A model generated the notes under the pieces. That model was not told where the DNA came from and did no database searches. It saw only the letters and a list, made by a program, of their open reading frames with translations. Shown here piece after piece: positions 21,197-31,244 of a stretch of DNA of 64,000 nt. The translations under genes and the position numbers were made by a program. The DNA comes from an uncultured Acidobacteriota bacterium (lineage in GTDB: Bacteria; Acidobacteriota; Thermoanaerobaculia; Gp7-AA8): NCBI GenBank assembly GCA_963741955.1, contig CAVUKB010000007.1, positions 224,001-288,000 of the forward strand, written 5' to 3'. Within the stretch, counting starts at the first letter, position 1; each line of letters begins with the position of its first letter.

Positions 21197-22974
21197 TTCT
21201 TCAGAATGTCCTCTACGGCCTTGTCGATGTTCACCTTGTCCCACTTCGGCGAGATCTCGCGGACGTCGCTCGGTCCGAGCTTGACCTGCACCTTCTGCGG
21301 ATTGCCGTTGTCGTCGGAGATGGTCAGTACGTAATTACCGGGCGGGAGCCAGATCCGGGCAGGCATGGACGCCTTGGCGAACGGGACTTCTTTGTTCGTG
21401 TCGGCGTTCTCGATCCTAGAGATCTCACCGATCGGGCTCTTGAGGAGAATCAGCGCCTTGTCGGGAGGAAGATCGAGGGCCGTCGAGGGCTGAACGACCA
21501 CGGTGCTCTGAGGTGTGGCGGGGCTTACCGGTTGGACCGCGGGAGCCGGTTTGCGCAACATGATCACGCCGACTCCGATCAGTGCGATGACGACGACCGC
21601 GGCAATGGCCACGAGCATCGGAGTCTTGCTCTTCGCCGGGGCGGATTCGAATTTTCTCTCGATCACGGTCGGCTCGGCGGGCGAAGCGGCCGGTGCGCGA
21701 GGCTCGAGGACGGTGGCTTCTCCGCCGGCGGCTGTCACGGGACGCAGTCCCGGCTCCATGACTGTCGGTGCGGCTCCGGCGGCAGTTTCGACCACGGTGG
21801 CCTGGGCTCCCGCAGCAGTCGGATGCCGCTCGACCACCGTTGCATCCGAGGCGCCGGTGCGCGTTCCGCCGGCCGGAGTTCCGATCGTTTTTCCGACGCG
21901 GGTCCCGCCCATGCGGGTGCCGGGGCGGGTCGGATCCATCATCGTGTTGCGGGACGAAAGAGTCATCATCCGCTCGCCGACGCCGAACTTCGAATCAGGA
22001 GCGATGTCGTTGCGGATATCTTCCAGCGCCGCCACGAACTCGTCCGCATCCGCGAAGCGGTTGTCGCGGTCCTTCTCGAGGATCTTCAGGACCAGTGCCT
22101 CGAGCGCCGGGGGGATCTTGACGTCGGGATTGGTCTGCCCGATCGGGGCCGGTTTCTCCGTGGCGTGCTTCAGGATGTAGCCATGGGGGTTGGTGGCGAT
22201 GAAAGGCGCTTTGCCGGCGAGCATTTCGTAGAACACCACGCCGAACGAATAGAGGTCCGTCCGCGCGTCGAGAGTCTCGCCTTCCTTCAGGAACCCGGCC
22301 TGTTCGGGAGAGGCGTATTTGAGTTTCCCGAGGAACATCCCGGTCTGGGTGAGCCCTTGTCCGCCGCCACCGCCGCCTTCACCTTCGAGCTGTTTTGCGA
22401 TGCCGAAGTCGATCACCTTGATCAGGAGTTTTCCCTGGAAATCCTGCGAGAGCATGATGTTCTCGGGTGAGATGTCTCGATGGATGATGCCCATCTGATG
22501 GAGTGAGCCGAGGCCCTGGAGGGCCTGAATGGCGATCTCGACCGCGAGCCGCGGTGGAACGGGGCCGTTCTGGTTGATCCACTTCTGGATGTTGATCCCT
22601 TCGATGTACTCCCAGACCATGTAGTAGGAGCCGTCGTCGAGGGTGGAGAAGTCGTAGAGCATCGCGAGATTGCGATGCTTGATCATGGTGGCCATTCGCG
22701 CTTCCTGGAAGAAGCGCTGGAGCGACTGTTCGTCGGTTGCGATGTTTGCGCGCATGATCTTGATCACGCGTTCTTCACCGAGATGAATGTGGCGGACCTT
22801 GAAGATCTCGCCCATGCCTCCGACACCGAGGCGCTGCAGGATCTGATACTTGCCGTCGATCAGTCTCCCGCCGTACGTGCGCTGGAAACCCGTCACGCGC
22901 TCGCCACAGTGCGGACAGGCTTCGACCGCGGGGTCGAGTTCAGCCATGCATCCAAGACAAATCAGTTCGCTCAT
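21193..22974 (-). CDS. Ser/Thr kinase with N-terminal Zn ribbon, TM segment and PEGA-like C-domain
   Basis: CLGC..CPHC, GVGGMG, HRDISPEN, DFGIAK and GKLKYASPEQ motifs, then a hydrophobic TM segment. Confidence 0.92.
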   Translation of the reverse strand: MSELICLGCMAELDPAVEACPHCGERVTGFQRTYGGRLIDGKYQILQRLGVGGMGEIFKVRHIHLGEERVIKIMRANIATDEQSLQRFFQEARMATMIKHRNLAMLYDFSTLDDGSYYMVWEYIEGINIQKWINQNGPVPPRLAVEIAIQALQGLGSLHQMGIIHRDISPENIMLSQDFQGKLLIKVIDFGIAKQLEGEGGGGGGQGLTQTGMFLGKLKYASPEQAGFLKEGETLDARTDLYSFGVVFYEMLAGKAPFIATNPHGYILKHATEKPAPIGQTNPDVKIPPALEALVLKILEKDRDNRFADADEFVAALEDIRNDIAPDSKFGVGERMMTLSSRNTMMDPTRPGTRMGGTRVGKTIGTPAGGTRTGASDATVVERHPTAAGAQATVVETAAGAAPTVMEPGLRPVTAAGGEATVLEPRAPAASPAEPTVIERKFESAPAKSKTPMLVAIAAVVVIALIGVGVIMLRKPAPAVQPVSPATPQSTVVVQPSTALDLPPDKALILLKSPIGEISRIENADTNKEVPFAKASMPARIWLPPGNYVLTISDDNGNPQKVQVKLGPSDVREISPKWDKVNIDKAVEDILKK

Positions 22975-23008
22975 TACCGGTTCCCCCGAGAAAGACTGCA
23001 CCTGGTGA

Positions 23009-24268
23009 TCATGACGCGACTCCTTCCGCGGGACGGGTCCGGAGCACGTAGCTGCAGGCCGGATCCGCGCCGAAGCGGACGATGTCGCCGGGCTTGAGAT
23101 TCGCTTTTTCGACTCTCATGTTGTTCACGTACGTCCCGTTGGCCGACTTGAGGTCTTCGAGGAAGAATCCGGTTCCCTGAAGAGTGATTCGTGCGTGGCG
23201 GCGGGAGACGGCGGGATGGGTCAGAATGATCGAGCAGGAGCGGTCGCGTCCGACCATGACGCTGTCGCCGTGAATCACGTGCGCCTCCGACGCCTCGTCT
23301 CGAGTGGAGACGAGTTGCCAGACGGATTCGACATTCGCCGGGACGTGTCTCGGCTCGCTTTTCACCTCGCTCGCCGCTTCGGCGATCTCGGGCGGAATCG
23401 CGCTGCCGGTGAGGGCGGGGCGAGCGCAGTACTCTTCCAGCGCTTCGTACATCTCGCGAGCAGTGGCGAATCGGTTCGCCGGATTCGGTTCGATCGCGCG
23501 GAGGACGATTCCGTCGAGGTCGTGGTCGATCTCCGGGCGAAGCGCGCGGGGATGCTGTTTCTCACCGCGGTAGATCGAGTCGATCAGCTTCGGGAGCGAC
23601 CGGCTGTTGAACGGAAGGACGCCGGTGAGCATCTCGTAGAGCACCACGCCGCTCGAGTAGACGTCGCTCGGCGGCCCGGCGTCCTTCGGCTCGCGGATCT
23701 GCTCGGGAGACATGTAGTGCGGAGTGCCGAGAAGGAATCCCGACTTGGTCAGGATGGTGCCCGGCTGTGCTCCGCTCTCCTTGATCTTGGCGATTCCGAA
23801 GTCGCTGACCTTCACCACTCCGTTCTTCTGACGGATCAGGTTTGCCGGCTTGATGTCGCGATGGACGATCCCTTTTCCGTGAGCGTAGACGAGCGCTTCG
23901 AGGAGACATTGCGAGATGGCGATGGCCTCCGGGATGGGAAGCGCGCCGCGATCGCTGATCATCTGGTCCACCGGATCGCCTTCCACGAACTCCATCACCA
24001 GGACCGCGCCGGTGGAGCGGGGAAGGAACTCGTAGAAGCGGGTGATGTAGCGATGCCGGAGTTTGGCCAGAATCTGGGCCTCTTTCACGAACCGCTTTCT
24101 CGCGGTGACTTCGCCGGCCAGCTCGTCCGACATGATCTTGAGAACCACCACGAAGCCTTCGGGAAGCATCTCACTTCGAGCGACCGTACGACCCACGTAC
24201 ACGTGGCTCATCCCTCCCTCGGAGAGCTCTCGCTCGATTCGATAATTCCCGATCACGTTTCCGATCAT
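23009..24268 (-). CDS. Cytoplasmic Ser/Thr kinase with C-terminal FHA domain
   Basis: HRDIKPAN, DFGIAK, GTPHYMSPEQ; FHA motifs VGRD, VSRRHA and SANGT. Confidence 0.92.
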   Translation of the reverse strand: MIGNVIGNYRIERELSEGGMSHVYVGRTVARSEMLPEGFVVVLKIMSDELAGEVTARKRFVKEAQILAKLRHRYITRFYEFLPRSTGAVLVMEFVEGDPVDQMISDRGALPIPEAIAISQCLLEALVYAHGKGIVHRDIKPANLIRQKNGVVKVSDFGIAKIKESGAQPGTILTKSGFLLGTPHYMSPEQIREPKDAGPPSDVYSSGVVLYEMLTGVLPFNSRSLPKLIDSIYRGEKQHPRALRPEIDHDLDGIVLRAIEPNPANRFATAREMYEALEEYCARPALTGSAIPPEIAEAASEVKSEPRHVPANVESVWQLVSTRDEASEAHVIHGDSVMVGRDRSCSIILTHPAVSRRHARITLQGTGFFLEDLKSANGTYVNNMRVEKANLKPGDIVRFGADPACSYVLRTRPAEGVAS

Positions 24269-24930
24269 CTCGAGTGATCCTGCGCTTCCCAGGTGAATCC
24301 GGGGAGATCGAATTTGTAGAACATCAGTTTTTGCGAGCCGATCCGGATGACGTCGCCGTTGACCAGATCACGCCGCGGCTCGATCTCTTCATCGTTCACG
24401 AAAGTGCCATTCGTGGAGTTGTGGTCCATGAGGATGAATCGCTGCTCTTCAGGACGGAAGACGAGATCCGCATGGTGCGCGGATGCCTGATCATCGCTGA
24501 GCCTTACGTCGCTCTTCGGATCGCGTCCGATGACATTGCGGCCGTTGCGGACTTCGAACGATCGACCCCGGGCCGGTCCGGAGAGCGCGAGCAGCCAGGC
24601 GACCACGTAACGCGCAGGTTCCTCAGTCAGGTCAGCCTTCGACGCGGACACTGTCCGTTCGAAGACCGGTGGAGGAGCCGGTCCGTCCATCACAGCGGAT
24701 TTCGAAGGTGGAGGAGCCGTCTGCCGTTCCGATTCGACCACGGCCGGAGCCCGCGCGGGAGGAGGCGGCGGAGCGGAAGGTGGTTCCGCCGGCAGGGAAC
24801 TGGACGAACGGTTCGGACGGCCGATGACGATGCTCTCCTTCTGATCAGGAGGACAGTAGGGACAGATATCCCAGCTCTCGTCGATGAAATGGCCGTTTGG
24901 ACAACGTTTGTCAGGCACTCTCAACCTCAC
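24265..24930 (-). CDS. Zn-ribbon + Pro-rich linker + FHA domain protein
   Basis: CPNGH..CPYC; FHA motifs IGRD, ASAHHA and STNGT. Confidence 0.88.
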   Translation of the reverse strand: MRLRVPDKRCPNGHFIDESWDICPYCPPDQKESIVIGRPNRSSSSLPAEPPSAPPPPPARAPAVVESERQTAPPPSKSAVMDGPAPPPVFERTVSASKADLTEEPARYVVAWLLALSGPARGRSFEVRNGRNVIGRDPKSDVRLSDDQASAHHADLVFRPEEQRFILMDHNSTNGTFVNDEEIEPRRDLVNGDVIRIGSQKLMFYKFDLPGFTWEAQDHSR

Positions 24931-26609
24931 GCGTGGAACGCGACCGCGACCGCGTTTCGCCCACCGAAATAGATGATGTCGCCGTCATCCAGATAATGAC
25001 GATCGATGCGCTGATCGTTCACGAAAGTTCCGTTCGAAGAATTCCGGTCTATCAATAATACTCTGCCCTCGAGCAAGACGACCTCTGCATGAAGCCGTGA
25101 GACCTTCGGGTTTTGCAGGACGATCTCGCAGACGCCCGTCTCTCGGCCGATTCGAATGCCTGAGCCCGCCAGCCCGAGGCGCTCGCCCGCCCGATCACCG
25201 TTGAGAATCGTGAAGCGGCCGAGAAGAGGACGTTCGGTCGCGTGGCCCTCGTCGGTGGAGCGTGGTTCAGGACGGATCAGGAGCTCCGGACCGTTCGCGA
25301 CGACCAGCGGAGGCGCGAAAGAGCTCGCGCTGCGATTGCGGAAGAGGAGAAAAGAGACCCCTGCGATTCCGAGAACGAGCACGACGATGGCGATGCGAGT
25401 CAGGACCAGATGGGCACGCCAGAAGGGAAGGCGTCCGATCGCGTTGTCCGCATCCTGAAGAAATCGGATCAGGTCGGGAGAGTTCGGAAACATGGTGTTG
25501 GCGCGGACCAGATGCTCGCGTGCAGTGATCCAGTCTCCGTCCCACGCGGCGTCGAGGGCCTTCCGATACTCCTTCTGGAATTCTCCCTCGACGTTGAATG
25601 GAATCTTCTTCTTTTCGAGAAGGCTGCGGGCGACGTTGATCGGCACGAGGAACTTGATCTGTTCCGCGTCGGTGTGTCCCCAGGTCGAGATGCCGACGAC
25701 GTCGCCGTTGCGGTCGACCGCCGGCCCCCCCGAGTTGCCCTGATAGATCGCGGCGTTGGTCTGGAAGACCTGCGTGTTCATCACGTCCCGCTTGAACGAG
25801 GTGATGGTCCCCGGATTGAACGTCGCTTCGAGGTCGCTCTCCCGGGAGAGCCACCCTCCGATGACTTCGTCCGTGCTCGACGCGACGGAGGGATACCCGA
25901 TCACCCACACCGGATCCTGAAGCCGGACCGCATCGGAGTCTCCGAGTCTCACGGTGGGGAGCTGCTTTCGATGGATCTCGAGAAGGGCGACGTCGCTTCC
26001 GCGCTCGTTCAGTGGCGGAGTGAAGATCCGTACGGAGAACGGGGCGACGGATCCGTTGGAGAGCTCGACCTGATCGAGGACTGCGACGGTGTCGATGGTG
26101 CCGTGCGAGGCCATGGCGTCGACGTACGGGTCGAGCGAGCCTGCGCGGTAGATGGAGCGGAGAAGATCGATCGGGAAATGTTCGATGAGCGCGGCGATGG
26201 CTCCATTGCGAAGAAGTTCCCGGTCGAGTCTGGGCCGGTTCTCTTTCCGGGTGAGCTCGACGACGTGTCCGCTGGTGAGGATCAGCCCGGAGGGGTGGAT
26301 GATGAAGCCACTTCCGGATCCTCCGGCGCCGGTCTTGACGACGGCTCCTTCCTTCGCCGGTTTCATTGCGGCAGTCGGATAGCCGTCGTCGCGGAGCATC
26401 TTCGCGACTCGTTCGACCGCGGCCGGAGAATAGTGGAACTCGGCGGAGGCGTAGGCGTTGATCCGGACGATGGCCGGCTTCACCTGATAGGCCATCTTCT
26501 GCACTGGTTCGATCGGCGAAGCTTCTTTTCTGCACTGGAGCATTCCGATCACGGCCGCGAGAGCAACGGCGATCAGCAGTGTGCGCGGGAGAAGGGATGG
26601 GGTCGACAT
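24927..26609 (-). CDS. Trypsin-like serine protease with TM segment and C-terminal FHA domain
   Basis: GSGSGF, TSGHVV (His), SDVALL (Asp) and GNSGGP (Ser), then a TM segment and FHA motifs IGRE, VSRLHA and SSNGT. Confidence 0.9.
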   Translation of the reverse strand: MSTPSLLPRTLLIAVALAAVIGMLQCRKEASPIEPVQKMAYQVKPAIVRINAYASAEFHYSPAAVERVAKMLRDDGYPTAAMKPAKEGAVVKTGAGGSGSGFIIHPSGLILTSGHVVELTRKENRPRLDRELLRNGAIAALIEHFPIDLLRSIYRAGSLDPYVDAMASHGTIDTVAVLDQVELSNGSVAPFSVRIFTPPLNERGSDVALLEIHRKQLPTVRLGDSDAVRLQDPVWVIGYPSVASSTDEVIGGWLSRESDLEATFNPGTITSFKRDVMNTQVFQTNAAIYQGNSGGPAVDRNGDVVGISTWGHTDAEQIKFLVPINVARSLLEKKKIPFNVEGEFQKEYRKALDAAWDGDWITAREHLVRANTMFPNSPDLIRFLQDADNAIGRLPFWRAHLVLTRIAIVVLVLGIAGVSFLLFRNRSASSFAPPLVVANGPELLIRPEPRSTDEGHATERPLLGRFTILNGDRAGERLGLAGSGIRIGRETGVCEIVLQNPKVSRLHAEVVLLEGRVLLIDRNSSNGTFVNDQRIDRHYLDDGDIIYFGGRNAVAVAFHA

Positions 26610-26651
26610 GATGGACGGATCAGTGAAACGCCGGCGTACGCCGCGGCTCGG

Positions 26652-27710
26652 CTAGCCTCGTGTTCTCGAGAGAACGTAAATGATGCCGAGGACCGCAACT
26701 GCGAGCCAGATCAGGGAAATCAGTATCCATTTCAGAGCTCCGCCACGAGGCGGAGCTTCCTCCTCGGCAGAGGTGTCGGCGAGGGCTGCGGCCCCACTCA
26801 CCGAAGAAGGGTGTGCGAGAGGGGCGGATTCGGTCCAGGTCGAGTCGGTGCCCTGCGGCTCGTCCTCCGGTTCCGTCGGCGTGACGACATTCGAAGAGCT
26901 GGTGCTCGTCGAGAGCGTCCCTTCCTCTTCCACCCGGGCCACGATCAGTGTGACGTTGTCGGGTGCGCCGCGGTCGAGCGCGCGACGCAGCAGCTCCGCG
27001 GCTGCCTGGTCGATCGCGAGCGCTGCGACTTCCTTCATTTCCTCTTCTTTGACCAGTCCGTGCAGGCCGTCGCTGCAGAGAATGAATGTATCTCCTGGCT
27101 GGACGGAGAACGGATCGTAGACGTCGATCTCGATCTCCGCAGCGACGCCCATGGAGCGCTGCAGGACATTCCTTCTGGGGTGGACTTCCGCTTCCTGCGC
27201 GGTGAGGAGTCCTTCCCGCACCATGGTGGCGACGAGCGAGTGGTCCTGCGTGAGCTGCCGGATCTCGGAATCGCGGACCAGATATACACGTGAGTCGCCG
27301 ACGTGTGCGATGTAGGCGCGATTCTCCTGGACTACGAGAGCGGAGCAGGTGGTGCCCATTCCGCGCAGGTCCGGATTGCGCTGTGCCTCCGCGAAGATCG
27401 CGCCGTTCGCACTCTCGAGCGCTGCGCGGAGCGCGAGTGCGACGTCGGTCGAATCGCTGGCGAGATACTGCCTCTTGATGGTGTCGGCCGCGAGCCGCGA
27501 AGCGGTGGCCCCGCCGCGGTGTCCTCCCATTCCGTCCGCGACCACCATCAGCCGCCCTTTCGTCGGAGTGACTTCATCCTCTCCGCTGAGGATCGCGAAG
27601 TCCTGGTTCTCGGTGCGCACCCGTCCCACGTCGGTCTGCTGCACGGCGCGGACGAGCAGCATCCGCGGTGGAACCGAGGTCGAATCGAACATGGAGGAGT
27701 CGTTGGTCAT
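26652..27710 (-). CDS. PP2C-family Ser/Thr phosphatase with C-terminal TM segment
   Basis: TDVGRVRTENQD, VADGMGG, GMGTT, HVGDSR, LCSDGL and DNVT motifs. Confidence 0.93.
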   Translation of the reverse strand: MTNDSSMFDSTSVPPRMLLVRAVQQTDVGRVRTENQDFAILSGEDEVTPTKGRLMVVADGMGGHRGGATASRLAADTIKRQYLASDSTDVALALRAALESANGAIFAEAQRNPDLRGMGTTCSALVVQENRAYIAHVGDSRVYLVRDSEIRQLTQDHSLVATMVREGLLTAQEAEVHPRRNVLQRSMGVAAEIEIDVYDPFSVQPGDTFILCSDGLHGLVKEEEMKEVAALAIDQAAAELLRRALDRGAPDNVTLIVARVEEEGTLSTSTSSSNVVTPTEPEDEPQGTDSTWTESAPLAHPSSVSGAAALADTSAEEEAPPRGGALKWILISLIWLAVAVLGIIYVLSRTRG

Positions 27711-27775
27711 CTTTTCGCGATGCCTTTCGAGTCGCCTTGGGCGGGTTGCACTGTTTCGAGAAGATGGACGCCGCA

Positions 27776-27987
27776 ATTATACAAAATATCGGGCTCATGA
27801 CCTCATCGCTTCTCTCCCGGGACCGATTGTCCGGTCACCTCGAGGCCGCCCCGCGGCGATCACGGTTGGTGAAGAGCCCGACCGTGGAGCGACCTCCTTG
27901 CCGATCGGGCGGAGACGTGCGATTCTTCGCGGATGCCACCGATCATGGCCGGACGTCTCTCGAGCCGGTATTCCGGCGCGATATAAT
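27776..27987. promoter_or_regulatory. Divergent sigma70-type promoter region
   Basis: Perfect TATAAT on the minus strand (27776-27781) and on the plus strand (27982-27987) in high-GC DNA. Confidence 0.5.
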
Positions 27988-28006
27988 CCCGTTTGCAGGG
28001 GCTTGC

Positions 28007-29656
28007 GTGCAGAACCTCCAAGTACACTATTCGGATCTCGGTGTCCCGCGGCTGTTCGAGCTGAAGGATCACCCCACCACCGTGGGACGGACCGAGGGGA
28101 ACGACATCGTCCTCAACCATCCTTCCGTCTCGCGACGCCATGCGCGCTTCGAGCGTCGCGGTGCGGACTGGTGGATCGTCGACCTGAATTCCACGAACGG
28201 AGTGAAGGTCAACGGCTCGATGGTCACCGAGAGTCTGGTGGACGCAGGCGACCACGTGCTGGTCGGGTCGGTCCAGCTCGAACTGCGGGTCGCGCCTTCG
28301 GTCGATTTCTCGGACGAGTCGATGTTCGACAATCCCTCCGGTACGGTGATTCGCCGCATCTCGGACTTCAACTCGGAATTCGGCCTCGACCTCGCGGAGA
28401 TCACCCCGGCTGAAGGCGAGACCGGTCCCGCGCTTCAGGGGGCTCCGACAGTCACCCGGGAGAAGATCTTTTCGGTCCTGGTGCAGGTCGCGAAGACTCT
28501 TCTCCAGTCCGAGGATCTGAACGCCGTCCTGCAGACGGTGATGGACATCATCTTCAAGTACCTCGCGGTCGAGCGAGGTCTGCTGATTCTCTTCGACGAA
28601 GAGGGAGAGCCGGTGCCGAAGCTCACGCGGTTTCGCGAAGGCTCGGACGGGCAGGACATCCCGATCTCGCGAACCATTCTCCGGATGGTCGCGGATCAGC
28701 AGGTGGCGCTCCTCACTTCCAACGCGCTGGAAGACGCGCGGCTTCTCGGCGGGAAGTCGATCGCGATTCACGGCATCCGCTCCGCGATGTGTGTCCCCCT
28801 CTGGAACCGGACCCGCGTGATCGGAGCGGTCCAGGTCGACTCACCGATTCACATCGGGCGTTTCACGGAAGAAGATCTCGACCTCCTCACTGCGCTGGCG
28901 AATTTCGCCGCGGTCGCCATCGAGCGCGCGCAGCTGAACGAACGCATCGACCACGAGAGAAAGATCCGCGGAAAACTGGAGCGCTACCACTCCCCCGGAG
29001 TGATCGAGGAGATCGTTCGCGGAGCGGCCGATGCTGCGGCGAGCGAAGAGATCAAGAGTGCCGAGGTCTCGGTGCTCTTCGCCGACATCTGCGGATTCAC
29101 CACCATTTCGGAAACGAAGAAGCCCGAAGAGGTCTCGGAATTCCTCTCCCACTTCTTCAGCTGCGCGGTGGAGGCGATCTTCGCGAATGGCGGAACGCTG
29201 GACAAGTTCATCGGGGATGCCGTGATGGCGTTCTTCGGGGCTCCGTTGGCGCAGCCCGATCACGCGACGCGCGCGGTCCGCACCGGACTGATGATGCAGC
29301 AGCTGGTCGGGAAGTGGAACGAAGAACGCATCAGCCAGGGTCTTCCGCAGGTCAATATCCGCGTCGGAATCAACTCCGGACCGGCAGTGGTCGGGAACGT
29401 CGGAACCGAGCGGCGCGTCGACTACACGGTCCTGGGGACCTCGGTGAACATCGCCTCGCGTCTGGAGAGCGGCGTGGCAAAACCCGGCGACCTGGTCATC
29501 TCCCAGAACACGTACGAGCAGGTGGGGGAGAAGTTCGATCTCGTTTCACTCGGTGAGTTTCCTCTGAAAGGCTTACAACAGAAGATGCCGGTATACCGTG
29601 TCGGTGGTGAAAAAGACGCCAGCATCGGTCGCCCTTCCGCAAGTCGCGCCTCATGA
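28007..29656 (+). CDS. FHA-GAF-class III adenylate cyclase
   Basis: FHA (VGRT, VSRRHA, STNG), GAF (SAMCVPL) and cyclase (FADICGFT, DKFIGDAVM, VNIASRLE). GTG start at 28007 is inferred. Confidence 0.9.
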   Translation: MQNLQVHYSDLGVPRLFELKDHPTTVGRTEGNDIVLNHPSVSRRHARFERRGADWWIVDLNSTNGVKVNGSMVTESLVDAGDHVLVGSVQLELRVAPSVDFSDESMFDNPSGTVIRRISDFNSEFGLDLAEITPAEGETGPALQGAPTVTREKIFSVLVQVAKTLLQSEDLNAVLQTVMDIIFKYLAVERGLLILFDEEGEPVPKLTRFREGSDGQDIPISRTILRMVADQQVALLTSNALEDARLLGGKSIAIHGIRSAMCVPLWNRTRVIGAVQVDSPIHIGRFTEEDLDLLTALANFAAVAIERAQLNERIDHERKIRGKLERYHSPGVIEEIVRGAADAAASEEIKSAEVSVLFADICGFTTISETKKPEEVSEFLSHFFSCAVEAIFANGGTLDKFIGDAVMAFFGAPLAQPDHATRAVRTGLMMQQLVGKWNEERISQGLPQVNIRVGINSGPAVVGNVGTERRVDYTVLGTSVNIASRLESGVAKPGDLVISQNTYEQVGEKFDLVSLGEFPLKGLQQKMPVYRVGGEKDASIGRPSASRAS

Positions 29657-30447
29657 AACGCCCTACCGTTCTGACCATCGCGGGGAGTGACTCCGGAGGA
29701 GGCGCCGGAATTCAGGCGGACCTGAAGGTCTTCGCGTCGTTCGCAGTTCACGGCGCCAGCGTGATTGCAGCGGTGACGGCTCAGAACAGCCGCGCGGTCA
29801 CTGCAGCGTTCGTTCTTCCGGACGAGATGGTCGAGGCGCAGATCGACGCGGTGATGTCGGACCTGAATCCGGTGGCGGTGAAGCTGGGGATGCTCGGAAA
29901 CGAGCGGATCGTCCGGCTGGTGGCGAGGAAGCTTCGCGAATGGGCGCCGGCCGCGGTGATTCTGGATCCGGTGATGATTGCCTCGTCGGGAGCGCGACTG
30001 CTGGAGGAGGGGGCGATCGAAGCAATGCGGAGCGAGCTGGTGCCGCTCGCGACGGTCGTCACGCCGAACTGGCCTGAAGCGGGAGAGCTGATCGGCGCGA
30101 CCCTCCGCGGAGCGGAAGATCTCGAGGGCGTCGCACTCGCGATGAAGCGGATCGGTGCGCGTGCGGTTCTCCTGAAGGGAGGCCATCTCGGCGGCGATGA
30201 CGTGGTCGACACTCTCTTCGATGGGGAGACCATGCACTCGTGGAGGCATCCGAGGATTCCCGACGCCGAGGGTCATGGAACAGGCTGTGCACTTGCGTCG
30301 GCTGTCGCTGCCGGTCTCGCGCTCGGCCGGCCGCTTCCCGACGCGTGCCGTGATGCGGTCGATTTCGTCCATCAAGCGCTCCAGAAGCGCTACTCCACAG
30401 GAAGCTCGCGCGAGATCTATCTCGGAATCTTCGGCTGCGAAACCTGA
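29653..30447 (+). CDS. thiD: Hydroxymethylpyrimidine/phosphomethylpyrimidine kinase
   Basis: LTIAGSDSGGGAGIQAD, DPVM, LKGGH and HGTGC motifs. Confidence 0.95.
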   Translation: MKRPTVLTIAGSDSGGGAGIQADLKVFASFAVHGASVIAAVTAQNSRAVTAAFVLPDEMVEAQIDAVMSDLNPVAVKLGMLGNERIVRLVARKLREWAPAAVILDPVMIASSGARLLEEGAIEAMRSELVPLATVVTPNWPEAGELIGATLRGAEDLEGVALAMKRIGARAVLLKGGHLGGDDVVDTLFDGETMHSWRHPRIPDAEGHGTGCALASAVAAGLALGRPLPDACRDAVDFVHQALQKRYSTGSSREIYLGIFGCET

Positions 30448-30487
30448 GCGCTCCCGGTTCGTCCCTTTGAAGGAGACTCGGCTTCGG

Positions 30488-31087
30488 ATGATGCAGCGCG
30501 ATTCACTCCTTCGAACGGTCCTTCAACCGATGATCATCGCGATCTTCCTCGCGGTGCTGGTGCGTCTCGTCCTTTTCCAGGCCTTCTCCATCCCCAGTGG
30601 ATCGATGTCTCCGACGCTGGAGAGTGGGGACACGATTCTCGTCGCCCGATACGCGCTCCTTCCCCATCACGCTCCTGCACGAGGAGACGTGGTCGTGTTC
30701 CACTCGGTTGCCGGTGCGGACCGGTATCTCGTCAAACGTATCGTCGGATTGCCGGGTGATTACGTCGAAGGGGTGGACGGACGGATCCGGATCAACGGTA
30801 CGACGCTGGCAGAGCCGTATCTCCCTGCAGGTGAGTCGACGGCTGCGTTTCCACCGGAGATCGTTCCGGGCGGTCACTACTTCGTCCTGGGCGACAACCG
30901 GAGCAATTCGCTCGACAGTCGCAAGTGGGGCTTCGTTCCGGACCGGAAGATCGTAGGGAAGGCCCTTCTGGTCTTCTGGTCGACGGCGGCCGATTCCGGA
31001 TCGCCGGCCGCGAGCGCATCGGTCGCGGTGGAGAAGCCGCGCGAGCCTCACTCGCGATGGTTCCGGATTTTGCGGCTGATCCGCTGA
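30488..31087 (+). CDS. lepB: Signal peptidase I
   Basis: IPSGSMSPTL, VKRIVGLPGD and GDNRSNSLDSR motifs. Confidence 0.92.
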   Translation: MMQRDSLLRTVLQPMIIAIFLAVLVRLVLFQAFSIPSGSMSPTLESGDTILVARYALLPHHAPARGDVVVFHSVAGADRYLVKRIVGLPGDYVEGVDGRIRINGTTLAEPYLPAGESTAAFPPEIVPGGHYFVLGDNRSNSLDSRKWGFVPDRKIVGKALLVFWSTAADSGSPAASASVAVEKPREPHSRWFRILRLIR

Positions 31088-31244
31088 CGGAGTGGTGCTC
31101 CGGAGTACGATTCATGGAATCGAGCCGCCCCGGGCGCAACTCGCGCCTTGAACTTCGCTCGTGGTTGCCTTACTCTCAACTGCGGTACGAGCTCGGGTGT
31201 GCGAATACCGCCGCCGAATCCAGCGCTCCAGTGGAGATCCGTCA

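Noticed and set aside
25242-27293. Long antisense ORFs (683 aa here; also 7678-9219, 47029-48750, 11354-12682)
   Set aside because: Typical high-GC shadow frames opposite well-supported genes.
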